A DNA stretch of 61,749 bases, the filler included, from Gonapodya sp. JEL0774 (Eukaryota), in NCBI GenBank assembly GCA_027604505.1. It is 23 parts of 23 records of this genome, joined end to end, with 100 filler letters (N's around TTAATTAATTAA, not from the genome) between each part and the next. Parts side by side here need not be neighbours in the genome. Positions count along the whole stretch, not along the records: positions 1 to 2,613 come from JADIIX010001811.1; positions 2,714 to 5,324 come from JADIIX010001812.1; positions 5,425 to 8,033 come from JADIIX010001813.1; positions 8,134 to 10,741 come from JADIIX010001814.1; positions 10,842 to 13,449 come from JADIIX010001815.1; 18 more parts are not named here. The stretch is one strand, 5' to 3'. The notes below the pieces were generated by a model that saw only the letters and a program-made list of their open reading frames with translations, had not been told where the DNA came from and searched no databases. A program made the position numbers and the translations under genes. Below are positions 1 through 11,448 of the stretch, piece after piece (positions within the stretch are counted from its first letter, which is position 1; each line of letters opens with the position of its first letter).

Positions 1-1543
1 CCCGCACCCCCTTTGCCCTGTCCAATAAGTTTCTTCACCAGTCGCGGCTCGGGTGTTCCCAGAACGTTGTGTATCCTGTGCAGCTGGTCGAGCTCGTTTG
101 AACCAGGGAAGAGCGGGACCCTGGCGACAAGTTCAAAGAGGACACAACCGGCAGACCACACATCTAGGGGGCTAGAATACAGACCCGAGGAGAGGAGACA
201 TTCTGGGGAACGGTCTTCAAGGGGGTGAAGCCGGCGGGTTCAAGGGTAAGCAATAACTTGTGGTATGGAGAACCGCAGAACCACCGAGAACTCACACCAC
301 CGCGTTGCAATGTACTCTGTAAAAGGTGGACGTGAGTATATCCCCCGACAAGATCCGAAGTCGGCGAGCTTCGCAACAGGGCCACGGATGAGGATGTTCT
401 TGGTCACGGTAACAGGTGGTCGATACGGACGGCATGTAAACAGACAGCGGAGAGCGCGCTCTGCGAACCTTCATTCCATCTCACCTCTGGTTTTACGTCC
501 CGGTGGAATATCCCCTTGCCATGCATGATTTCCAATGCACGAAATACCTGGTACATGTAGGCCTTGATTTTCCGGTCCGACAGGAAGTTGTTTCCGCCTG
601 TACTAGCGGCGATACTACCACTGTCTGAGGATTTCAAATGTCCCGCATGGTGGGACTTTCGTGATAGCAGCTCGTATAGATTGCAGTCCATAAGCTCAAA
701 GTTCAAAGCCAGGACGCCCGTGGCTGGATCGCTGAGTTTGTGAGACAAACGATGATGCACCAAATATCTCAAGACGAGTGTTTCAAGTTCGAATGTGTGC
801 TCACAAGATTACAGCCTCGAGGTCAATGATATTAGGATGTCCAGCAAGTCGTCGCAAAGCCTGGATTTCTCTGAGTGATTCAACCTCTTCAATGCTGTAA
901 AAATCGCAATAGAATATGAGATCCTCCAACGCATTTTTGTCATTCCCGGTTCACTTTTGCACCTCCATCAGTTCCACCTCCGTCATTTCCATGCGTGCAT
1001 CAGTAACAGAGTTCTCACTTGTACACCTTCTCCCTTCTTCCACTTCCACGATCCCAGGGTAGACCTACTCATAAATACAAACTGTGCGTACCTCTTGAAC
1101 ACTTTTCGAAAGCGTTTCATCGCCGATACTGCACCGTTCACTCTATGTTTGACTCGAAGCACTTCCGAGAAAGTTCCCTCGCCCAGGCGTCCTACCAGTC
1201 GAAAATCTTCTAAACGATCCCTAGGTCGCAAACAATTTACATTTGGAAGCGCTGATGTGGACGCAAATGAGGCGATTCGGGGTGGTTTGGCGCTGGATTG
1301 AGTTGCGTTCTGGTTGGGACTCATAGTAACAGGAGGTCCCACAGGAGGAGGATCATTGCCCGTGCTAGTCGAAATAGTTTCCTTTTCATTATTGGTGGTT
1401 CCGCTTGCTGATTCTTCCGATGTAGCAGCAGCTTCGAGTTGTAGTTTTGATTCGACTGGCCCAATGTCAGCCCCCCCACCTGTCATTTCCGATTGATTTG
1501 AAGTTTGCTCCACACTATCGTCCAGTGAGGAGACCACCGCCAT
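1..1543 (-). CDS. MOK: MOK/RAGE-1-like (MAPK/MAK/MRK overlapping) Ser/Thr kinase, 3' truncated
   Basis: GT-AG exons 1543(or 1633)-1092, 894-805, 731-485, 398-296 and 214-<1 splice to GEGTFSEV...AMKRF, [72 protein letters not shown]. The TEY activation loop and its context match the MOK family. Confidence 0.88.
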
Positions 1544-2613
1544 ACTCTGAGTACGGCGAGAGGTGAAGAAGTTCGAAGGTTCGGGCGAACCGCAAATCGG
1601 CGAAGGGGAGTGCAGTTTTCGCAAGGATCGCATGATCGATCATCGCCAAAACGGAGTCCATATTCATACCATCCGCTCTTTCCTGCCAGTGACATGCAGT
1701 CATATTCTCCCCCAACGATCCACATTGGGTTTCGTGTACAATGATTCAAATGTCATGATCACTCCAACTGCTACGGCCATCACCTGTGACCAACTCCCTT
1801 TGTTTGTTGCTGTTGAATATGATATGTCTTCTAGCCACCTCCTTCTGTGTCAAGGATCAAAATCTGTACTGTGAGGACATTTTGTGTCATCCGGCACACA
1901 TCCTGGGGCTGGTTCACACCACAGAAAGCTGACATTTTGGGGTTGCCCACACCACAGACAGCTGAAAAGTGAAAGAGCAGCTGATCATGTGATGCAGACC
2001 CAAACAATACACATTTGCCTGCTGGACAAGTGAAAGTACTCTCTCTACAAAATTTGCGCTTGTTCGATGAAATGGTGTTAGGGCCTTTTTTTTTTTTTTG
2101 AGTTGGTGCCGGAGCCTCACAGTCACTGTTCCCTCACAATCGCGTCAACTGAGCCGCTTGCGTGACTCAGCCAAGGCCGACGTGGAGATTGAAACGGCAA
2201 ACCACACGGCTGAGACGTAAATCAGCGCAGAGGAGCAACATATAATCACAACGAAAGGAAGAACGGTCGACGCCTCCCAAGTGCGGTGACGCAGTGAATC
2301 TGGGGACGAGATTACGTGGCTGTTAAATCTGGGAGGGACACGCGGACACAGCAGCGACAAAGTCAGCAATCACGGACACGCAGACATCATCGACGATTAA
2401 CTCTGTCAAAATCGTGTTCTCTTTACCCCGGTTGTGTCCACCCCACCCATACGATTCCCGCCGGTCCTTTCCTTTTTTGCGACGGCCACAGCTCGACCGC
2501 CAGTCATTATTCAGACCTCCCAAAACGCGACTTCGGTCTGAAACATGTCTGCTTCTCCCCAGAATCTGGCGCCCTCATACGCGACATCTGGCTCTCACGG
2601 GCGGGCAGCGACT

Positions 2614-2713
2614 NNNNNNNNNNNNNNNNNNNNNNNNNNNNNNNNNNNNNNNNNNNNTTAATTAATTAANNNNNNNNNNNNNNNNNNNNNNNNNNNNNNN
2701 NNNNNNNNNNNNN
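2614..2713. other. Artificial contig linker (N44-TTAATTAATTAA-N44), first of 22 identical linkers
   Basis: The same 100-nt spacer starts at 2614, 5325, 8034, 10742, 13450, 16154, 18857, 21559, 24253, 26938, 29622, 32305, 34988, 37670, 40351, 43032, 45708, 48384, 51059, 53732, 56405 and 59078. TTAATTAATTAA puts stops in all six frames. Confidence 0.99.
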
Positions 2714-2789
2714 AATCATGAGATGCAACCACAAAATAGTGAAACCATTTGAAACGCCACCAAAGGTCACTCATGTCGGCGAAACTTAC

Positions 2790-3294
2790 CCACGCTACTG
2801 GTCACACTCGCCGTGATTTCCGGACCCGGCTCTGCAGCTGCTGCGACGGCGGGAGACACCGCATTTCCATTTCCTGCACCACCATCGACCTCGAACTGCG
2901 GCGAGGGGATGCCACCCCACATGACATCGCTCGTGTCGACCACTCCGGATGGGGATGTAGTGGAAGTGGGAGAGGTTGGAGACAGAGGGGGATCGGAGGG
3001 CGTGGGAGAAGTGACTTGACTTGGATCGGGGGTGGAAAGCTGTGCAGAGTGGGTGGCTGAATCGACAGGAGTGGCAGATGTCGGAGTGGAGTTGGAAGGT
3101 GCGGTTGATCGACCCAGCGACCCAAATGAGGGACGGATCGATTTGATTGGGGACAGAGGAGGCGAGTCGCCGGTGTTGGGCCTGGGAGTGCTGGGAGTGG
3201 GAGTAGGCGGGGCGGTTTGAGTGGCTGCGGGTTTGACCGAGTTGAGCGCGTCCGGTTTCGGTTTGCGATCAAAGACTTTTCGGAACACGTTCAT
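2790..3294 (-). CDS. First exon of an unknown Pro/Ser/Thr-rich protein (3' part off contig)
   Basis: Open frame from MNVFRKVFDRKPKP..., ending at a GTAAGT donor at 2789. Low complexity, no recognisable domain. Confidence 0.45.
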
Positions 3295-3788
3295 GGCTGG
3301 AGCGAGAGAGAGAGAGGACACGTAGGTGTGGAGTATTCAGATGGGGATGGTCCCGATTGGGAAGAGGGAATGTTTGTCAATGGATATATTGGGGTTGTCT
3401 TATCGGGATATCACGGGTCTCACTACTTGATTCACCCGCCGGCAAATATATTCATCTCAAACAACTAATCTCACCTCTCATTGCAAACATGGTACTCAAG
3501 CAGTGGTACTAGCGTAGTCGCTTCGGAACTCGGTACGATGAATCATACGAATTATGATGGTTTCTGGAATCCCCTCCTTGTCAGTCTTGGGACCGGATAC
3601 GTGGCCACTCGCAAAGGAAAAATGTCATATGAAGAGACGGCACTACATAACTCTTCTCTCGATATGGAGGATAAAAAGGCAGGATCACGGCAAGCTGGGG
3701 GATGAGTAACATGATATGACCGAAGCACTCACCCACATCCTCAACCCCTTGATTCATTTACATCGTAACCAGACACTCCAGTGCAAGG

Positions 3789-5174
3789 ATGAACACACTA
3801 CACAGCAACTCGGCTTCTTCAGACGTATCGAATTCCCAGCCGCAACCGCAACTCATTCCCCACACCTCAACCCGATTCATCAAACCCCAGTCTGCATTCT
3901 CTCGCTTCCTTCTCAATCCCTGGTCCGCACTCGTCGTCCCTCCTCTCTACATCTCGGTGGCGGTCATTGCCCACAGGACTGGCAGATCCATTGTGCCCAT
4001 CGACCCTTCAAAGAGACTCTTCTCTTCCGCTGTCGTGGGAGCTGTTTGGGCTGGAGCAGTCGGAATCATTAGGTATGTCGGTTTAGTCTTGGTCATTACT
4101 ACAAGCATGGGGAATGAATCCATTTCGGCGGAGGAAGTGGAGGTTCTGTGAAGGACATTGTTCACGATGGGTGACGTGTCCACATCTGCAAGGCACATCC
4201 ACCCCGATGATGTGCTCGAACGGGCTATCACGCCTCATCATAATCGTCCGTCCACGAACCTTTGAAGCTGAGCGACCGCTCTCCGGAGATGGGTGGCGGG
4301 CAAGAGTGTAATGACGCTCCAAGTGCCCCACTAATGAATTACTGTTCATTCGTCACACTCAACGTATCCTGACACACGTGCCGCCTGTCATCACGAACCG
4401 TCCCTCCAAATTTCATCATCTACCTTTACTCCCCTCTCCAAAAAGCTTCGGGGAGGCTTGGGTGAAGTTCCAAGCACCGACTACAGAATACCGAGGAGGT
4501 GAGCTTTCGTCTCGATTCGGTCGCTGTTTCTTTCTAGATCTCATTTCTGATTACCATTTCACGCCCAATTAACCCTCTTTCCGGCTACGTACGGCCTTCC
4601 TCATGAAACCACCAAAATTCTCCGACCCACACCACTCGAAGCCCTCGACATCGGCCGCCATGTCTTCTCCTATCTCAACAAAATCGAACTCCTCCTCGCC
4701 TCCTACTCCCTCCACATCCTCTACCTCCTCCCAACCCTTCCCACCACCTCCACCTCGACATCCAGACTCTCCCTCACCACCACCGCCCTCCTCGCACCGC
4801 TTATCCTCACCCTCGAGTCCACCTTCCTCCTCCCCACCCTCCTCGTCTCCGCCCGGGACAAGGTCGAACGCGGCGTCTTCCTCACCAACGACAAGTCCCA
4901 CCGCCGCGCCCACTTCCTCTACGCGCTCGCCGAGGTGCTCAAGTTCGCCTCGTTGGTCGCCACGGTGGCCAAAATCGGGAACCTGTTCGCGGCCGTGATG
5001 CCCCCGATAACCATCGACACGGCGGCGGCCGCGAAAGCCGTGGAGCATGTCGCGACGAGGTACGTGGGACCTGGATTTCCACAGGCCAGTAACGCGACGG
5101 GGATGGTGCAAAATGCGGTCAAGTATGGTGGGGAGCGGTTGGTCGGGTGGATGGACACGTGGAAGAAAGCATGA
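3789..5174 (+). CDS. Multi-TM membrane protein, DUF4149-like
   Basis: Exons 3789-4072, 4446-4498 and 4642-5174 splice in frame to GAVWAGAVGIISFGEAWVKFQAPTTEYRGALDIGRHVFSYLNKIELLL...HRRAHFLYALAEVLKFASLV. This resembles the 'SF.EAW.KF.AP...L.IGR.VF..LNK.E' small membrane protein family. Confidence 0.7.
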
Positions 5175-5575
5175 GAGGCGGGCGATACGTGTCGGGTTGA
5201 GTGAACCGAGGACGGCGCACGAGGGGCCGTGGGGTTGTGATTGGAGGGTGTGTTACACGAGAAGACGTGATCTACGGAGGATCGACGGGAACAAGGCTCA
5301 TTTACAGCTGCTGAGAACGCCCTGNNNNNNNNNNNNNNNNNNNNNNNNNNNNNNNNNNNNNNNNNNNNTTAATTAATTAANNNNNNNNNNNNNNNNNNNN
5401 NNNNNNNNNNNNNNNNNNNNNNNNGTCCTGTAACACTGCTGCATTGATAGAGTCCGTTAGAGATGGTTGGGATGCTGTGGTCTTCTTCCGAATGCCAACA
5501 TAAGTGAAATCATATCTTCCATGCATATTATATTCAATATAATTATATATTTTACCCAATAAACCAATCGCGGAG

Positions 5576-5657
5576 GTCGTTCTGTCCGAGAGGTTAAGGA
5601 GTTTGACTCGAAATCAAATGGGCTTTGCCCGCACAGGTTCGAATCCTGTGGACGACG
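5576..5657 (+). tRNA. tRNA-Ser, anticodon CGA
   Basis: Acceptor stem GTCGTTC/GGACGAC; anticodon arm TTTGA-CT-CGA-AA-TCAAA; long variable arm GGGCTTTGCCC; T arm ACAGG-TTCGAAT-CCTGT; discriminator G; T5 Pol III terminator at 5662-5666. Confidence 0.95.
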
Positions 5658-5792
5658 TTCCTTTTTGCTGTTTTCGTGGGTTCTGGGCGTCTGGCTCAAC
5701 TTTTTTTTGTCTAGGATAGCCTTGACAACGTCAGTTCATTTCGAGGTCGGGTCCATCCTCATCCTGGACGTGGAGTAGTGGCAACTGACTAC

Positions 5793-5874
5793 GTCACTTT
5801 GAGCGATATCTAAAGGCAAGTGACTCGATATGACTTGGGCTCTGCCCACACAGGTTTGAATCCTGTCGACGACG
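5793..5874 (+). pseudogene. Degenerate tRNA-Ser(CGA)-like copy
   Basis: Same 82-nt layout as the functional gene: CT-CGA anticodon loop, variable arm GGGCTCTGCCC, ACAGG-TTTGAAT-CCTGT, 3' GACGACG, then a T-run. The acceptor stem and D arm are disrupted, there is a G-G mismatch in the anticodon stem, and TTC is changed to TTT in the B box. Confidence 0.75.
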
Positions 5875-7227
5875 AAGTCTTTTTGTAATTTGTTTGCTTT
5901 CATTTGCGACGTTAGCGTTCACTGTCGGACGTTCCGTCTTGCTGGCATGAGCAATCTAACTTGCAGTATTGCGGTCGCGCGGGCATGATGTTGGTGGTTC
6001 GACATACCATCAATGGGACGGAATCCCCGTCTCAACGTTGCTCACGTAATAATTACTAGCGACAAGATCTTTCCACTCCTACTATATATTTCTTTCCATA
6101 AACTTTGTTAAGACAGTTCATCCATCCACTAGAGTGAAACTCGAATCAAGCCTGAAGAGGCACATTCTAGAAAGACGCGGGATTCAGAGTTGTGCCTGCA
6201 GAGAAAGGTCCTCTGTCCAGTACCTTTCGGTATTGAATGAGGGATCATCAGAGTGACCCAGCAGCGATCTGTCTGCTTTCGCCACCCTTCCCACGATGCT
6301 TGTCGGTGGGACAGGTGCCGGTCCCCTCGCCGGGGCAACCCCCACTGGCGTTGTCGTCGCGGCAGTGGCGTGTGCCGGCCTTGCCCGTTCACCCTTGACC
6401 CTTTCCGCTTCCTTCCCGAACCCGTGTATAACCCGCTCCTGACCCGGACCCCACACCTTTTCTGGGCGTGCCGTACTCCCCACCTGGAACTCGCTCTCGT
6501 CCGATGTGGTTGAGTCCGTCTCGTTGCCCACATCCGTCTCGGCGCGACGCTCGGCGCCCCTCCAGGCCTGAACGCTCTAGTGGAAGCGTGCTACCGGACC
6601 GTGACGAGCTGGGCCGCGAGCGTGGCGGTGCACGCGGGAGAGGGCGGCGGTGAGATTGGACTGTAGCTCGGTCTCGGGAGGGCAAGGTGGGGAAAACTAA
6701 GATAGGTCGGAAGCAGACGGAGGTGCGTCCGTGCCCGGTGGACGGAGCGATGCGAGGGGTGGAACAAAAGGAGCCGAAAAGAGCGTCATCAAATACACCA
6801 ACTCTTCCCAAAAACCCACAAACCGAAACTGAGCACTGTATATCCCTCATCCTTGGTCTCCCGCTCCCCACCAAAACACCCTCAACCAACCCACCTTCTC
6901 CCTCTCCACCTTGACCCTCTCGACCTTCTCCTTCCCCAGCTCCGCGATCCCCTTGGCTGCTTGCCGGTCCAACTCTCCCACTTGACTGGGAGACACGTTC
7001 TGTTCGAGTCGTGTTCAATGTGCGGTGAGCGGGGCGAACATCCACGTGCACGAGCAAGTGGTTTGGATGCCCGTGAGTGTGAATAAAGGAACGAACAGCG
7101 CGACAAGATTCGGCCCGGACCTACCTTCTCCTCGCTGAAACAATCAATTCCTCTCACAGCCCTCGCCACCCTCTCTTCCCACCCCTACACTCCTCTTACC
7201 TCCCTTCAGATCCTCCTCCATTACCGG

Positions 7228-7285
7228 TATAGGTCCCCTCCCTCCTCCTCGCTTCCTATAGGTCCCCTCCCTCCTCCTCGCTTCC
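7228..7285 (+). repeat. Perfect 29-nt tandem duplication
   Basis: TATAGGTCCCCTCCCTCCTCCTCGCTTCC occurs at 7228-7256 and 7257-7285. Confidence 0.9.
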
Positions 7286-8184
7286 ACATCCGCCCTCTCC
7301 GCCTGCACCACCCTCCGTTCGAACTCCACACGGTCTGTTTCGGGCCGGACCGCGCTGTCGGAGTGGGTGTGGGCGGGCAGGTGGGGCCGGTGGATGTGGT
7401 GACGGGACGTGCGGGAGAAAGGAAAGGAAAGAAAGGGAAGGCGGAGAAGGAAAGAAGTCGATGAGGGAAGAATGGGACAGGGGAAGGGAGCGAAGAGAGG
7501 GAGAGGAGATCATGTGATATGAGAGGTGCCTGAGAACTGAGGGGGGGAGTGACGGCACCAAACCCCCCCCGTTCCCCTCGGTCCCTCCTGCCTTCGTCCC
7601 CTTCGGCCTCTTCTCGCTCGCTCTTCACTTCAGGTAACAAACGAAACGTCTATTCATAACAATACACCCGAGTACAAAAATACATGTAAACTGGGACCGG
7701 AGTGCCGACCGACTTTGGTCACCTCGTTGCTGTCAGTGCTGTTGTCTCAAAAGGATGTTCTATCTACAGTATTTACCTATGCCTCTACCATCCACGTAAA
7801 TTGTCCTGTTATACACTCCCTCTGCTGTTGGATAAGTTTTTCTGGACGTGTCTTAAAGGCTGCGAAAACTCTCGTCATTTCTGCCTTTTGTCCCCACTCC
7901 ACAATTCCAATTCAAATATCCTCCATTCCCTGTCCCCGCCTTTTCTCTGTTGCTTCACCAGCTCACATCAGTCCTCCCTAGTCCATATCACGTTGTTGAT
8001 GTTCCCGTCTTTATCCGTCACTTTCTTGAACTCNNNNNNNNNNNNNNNNNNNNNNNNNNNNNNNNNNNNNNNNNNNNTTAATTAATTAANNNNNNNNNNN
8101 NNNNNNNNNNNNNNNNNNNNNNNNNNNNNNNNNAACCATATATATCCCTAAACTTAATATCCACTTCTTTGTCGTTGATGAAAA

Positions 8185-10741
8185 ATGGTCACATCTCGCG
8201 ACTACGAACTCGCTGGATATGTCGCTTTCGGACTGAAGATTCGCTATGATGCAGATGCTGGCAAGAAAATAACTCCGCCTGCAGGGTGGCAAAAATTTGA
8301 ACTCCAATCTCCAAATCGTTTCCCTGCTGGATCTAACGGGACTGCTCTGGTGACTGGAGCAAAGAGCGGCATCGTCGTGTTTGATGTTGACGACGTGCCA
8401 GCGTGGCAAACCTGGCTCGCCGAACGAAGTCTTGAAGAACCCGTTACGGCAACCCAAACATCTCAAAGTGGTGGCATACATTACTTCTTCAAGTACGACG
8501 AACGTACAAGCACTCTCAAAAGCGATTCTAAAGTAATCGCTGGCCTCGACGTGGACGTACGCTCAAACGGTGGCATGATCATTGTCGAACCCTCATCCTT
8601 CGTGGCTAACGGCGAAGTGAGATCTTACCGCTGGCGGGAAGACTGTCCGCTCGTCGGACCCAACTCTGTACAACCGGCGAAAATGCCAGATTGGCTTCTC
8701 AAAGCAATTCTCGAAAAATCGCGGAGTCCAAGGCTCGGCCGCCCAGGCCAGCACCATAAAATTAACGCAGAAGGTCCCTCCGAAGGGCCAGATACTATGC
8801 CAACACCTCAATCAGTAAAAGATTTTATTAGTAAGCACTTTTCAATACTTCCTGCCGTTGTAGGCACCACCAAGTGGCTCGGGGATGGTGCGGGTTTTGC
8901 TGTTTCTACTGTACTTCTTGACTGTATGTTCAAGATGGTGCAGCATAGAAGCAACCGCCAGTACATCTTTGTGAACAGCTCTGGCGATGTCACACGCCGT
9001 TGCCATGACGGCGATTGCCATGGTCAGGAGTGGGGGCGGCGCAAAGCTCCGCGGACTGTAATGCGTGCCCTTCAGCAGCTGTTTCAACAGCAGGTGGAGG
9101 GAGCTGACGAAGAATTCGCGCCATCTATGGCGCTGCAGGCTGCTTTGCCTGATTACGCCGCCGGAGAACTCGAGCGGACCATCGCAGAGAGGGTCACTGA
9201 GGCTCAGCCGGTGCTCAATCGCGTAGTGAGAGCTCCACAGGGAACCCAATGGGAAGTCACTGAAACAAGGCTCATACCACGCTGCCTAATGTGTCTTGTC
9301 GATCCTAACCACGTTCATGATGAACAAGGAAACAGTTTTTTGGACATCAAGAAAGACCTCAGCGTCAACGCGGTCTGCAACGAGATGGGCGAACTGCGTC
9401 TACCTGGTCCGGCTTCCAGGTCGTTGCAAATGGCGCTCCTAAACGTATCTGTGCTCATCCAAGAAGACACGAAGGAATACGAAGCTCTCCGGGAATATAT
9501 GACCGCATACGCTCTAACACGCGGACTCCAACGCGAGGAAAGTACTGGATGGGTTTACCGTCCCATCCAGGGGCTCAACTACGCCATGGAACGCTGGCTA
9601 TCCCCTGAACGGTTTGTGAGCGAGGTGTTTGGAGAAGGTGATCGAAGCCACGACACTCTTGCAAAACGAGCCAACTACTTTGAAAACCTCGTGAGCTACC
9701 TCAAAAACCTCAATAATAAGCGGTGTTTTCCCTTCATCGTACGTGACATGAATTTGTACGGCTTCCGTAACGGCGTTTACAACATCACAACCTGCGAGTT
9801 CACTCCAGCAGAGGAGGTCGCCAGCGACATCGTGACACGAAAGTTCATAGATCAAGAGTTCACCGGCGGTACGGCGACTCCTGAATTTGACACCATATTT
9901 ACATCACAAGGTCACAGTGAGGAGGTGCGCCGGTTCGTGGACATCTGTCTAGGAAGACTCTTTGGGATACGCGACAATTGGCAGTTCATGTTGATGCTGT
10001 ACGGAGAGTCTGGAACTGGTAAATCTACCATTCTTACAGTGATGCGTCAATTCTTCGATCAAGTTGGGTCACTCACAACAACGTTTGAGAAAACGTTTGG
10101 CCTATCTGCGTGGCACGACAAGGAAATTGTGCTTGGCGACGATCTCCCTGCCAATATGGCTCAAGTACTTCCACAGGCCGTTATGCAGAGCATGATCTCG
10201 AACGGCGAGGTCAACATTGCAGCAAAAGGCAAGACGGCCTTCAACGCAGAATGGAAAGTACCACTCTTCTTCGCAACAAACTTCTCGCTCGATTACATCG
10301 ACCAGGGGCAGGTGGCAAGGCGTGTGTTGATCCTATCGTTCATGAAGAGCGTGCGAGGTGGTGACCCCGGCCTCGTCTCTCGAATCGTTGAGCGGGAACT
10401 CCCCGCCATATTGAAGCGTGCAACCTTGGCTTATCACGACGCGTTGTTTCACTTCAGCAATCGCTTAGTGTGGGACTTTGCCCCTGATCACTTCAAAGTA
10501 TCGCAACAGGAAATGCGTATGCACAGCGACCCTGTGTATGCTTTCATAGTCAACTCTTGCGAGTACAGCGAAGGCTCTCTCGTGACCATGAGACAACTCA
10601 GAGAGGTGTTGCAGAGACACACAGGAAAAGCAGGCAGCCGCATAAGCCATAACGCGGTGGAGTCCGCTGATCAACGGTACAAGATTGCTAGAGTGAAGAT
10701 TTGTCGGGCTTGTGGAAAGGAGGGTAAGAAAGGATGTTGCA
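8185..10741 (+). CDS. Bifunctional primase-polymerase (Prim-Pol) fused to D5-like SF3 helicase; viral/Polinton-like replication protein, 3' truncated
   Basis: Intronless ORF of >850 codons. AEP/Prim-Pol motifs TGAKSGIVVFDVDD, TSQSGGIHYFF, DVDVRSNGGMIIVEPS; Zn-finger-like C...HRSN...RCHDGDC; D5_N-like FRNGVYNITTCEF; Walker A GESGTGKST, Walker B IVLGDD, motif C FFATNF, VARRV; C-terminal CRACGKEGKKGCC. Confidence 0.9.
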
Positions 10742-10841
10742 NNNNNNNNNNNNNNNNNNNNNNNNNNNNNNNNNNNNNNNNNNNNTTAATTAATTAANNN
10801 NNNNNNNNNNNNNNNNNNNNNNNNNNNNNNNNNNNNNNNNN

Positions 10842-11448
10842 CTTCCATTTCAATTTCGTCTTGATTCTGGGTGCGATGCCATGCCGACCCTCTTGGCGGC
10901 CCCCTCACACTCTCTGACTTTGCAACGTCTAAGTCACCCTTGGCATCTTCTCCCGGAATGATGCCGAACGAGTCCGACATTGCGGCATTCATGCCGCGGT
11001 AGGAGAAATTTGTTCCTTCTTTCTGGGGGTCTGTCGCTTGACGTGGGACGAGGTGATCCTCAATGCCGCGGGGTGTGAAGTGGCCTGTTCCGATTTCGGT
11101 CTCGTGCAATGGTACCTGATGTACGTGGGTCCGTTTGCTGCGTCCCTCCGTATTCGGAATGGTATCTTCCGCAAAGTTATTTTTTGATCCTGCTCTGATG
11201 TAACCCGTCATGGCGTCTTCTGTGTCGACCGGCGGCGGAAAGAATTTCCTACTTGTGATCGGAGGAGCGTCGCTAAATGTGGGAAGTCCGTTTGGGGAGT
11301 CCGTCTCACGAGACGCCATTGACATAAGAAACTTCCGGTCGATCATGTTGTCCTGGTCAAAGCCCGACGGAACGTCTTCTTCAAGGGTGACGCTGTCAAC
11401 CATCTCCGAACCGACGGGGAACTCCTGTTCCTTGGGAGAACCTCCCAT
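10842..11448 (-). CDS. N-terminal part of an unknown protein (acidic/disordered), 3' truncated
   Basis: About 200 open codons from MGGSPKEQEFP... to the contig end. No domain recognised. Confidence 0.45.

Noticed and set aside
2658..2669. Regularly recurring TTAATTAATTAA as a biological repeat or CRISPR-like array
   Set aside because: Always embedded in N runs at contig joins; it is an assembly linker.
4569..5111. 180-aa minus-strand ORF and 131-aa Ser/Pro-rich plus-strand ORF
   Set aside because: Shadow frames of the last exon of the membrane-protein gene.
6129..7057. Overlapping Arg/Gly/Pro-rich ORFs
   Set aside because: GC-rich low-complexity frames with internal stops and no recognisable domain.
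7780..8033. Possible transposase remnant on the minus strand
   Set aside because: Only vague motif resemblance and multiple stops; no catalytic motif can be supported.
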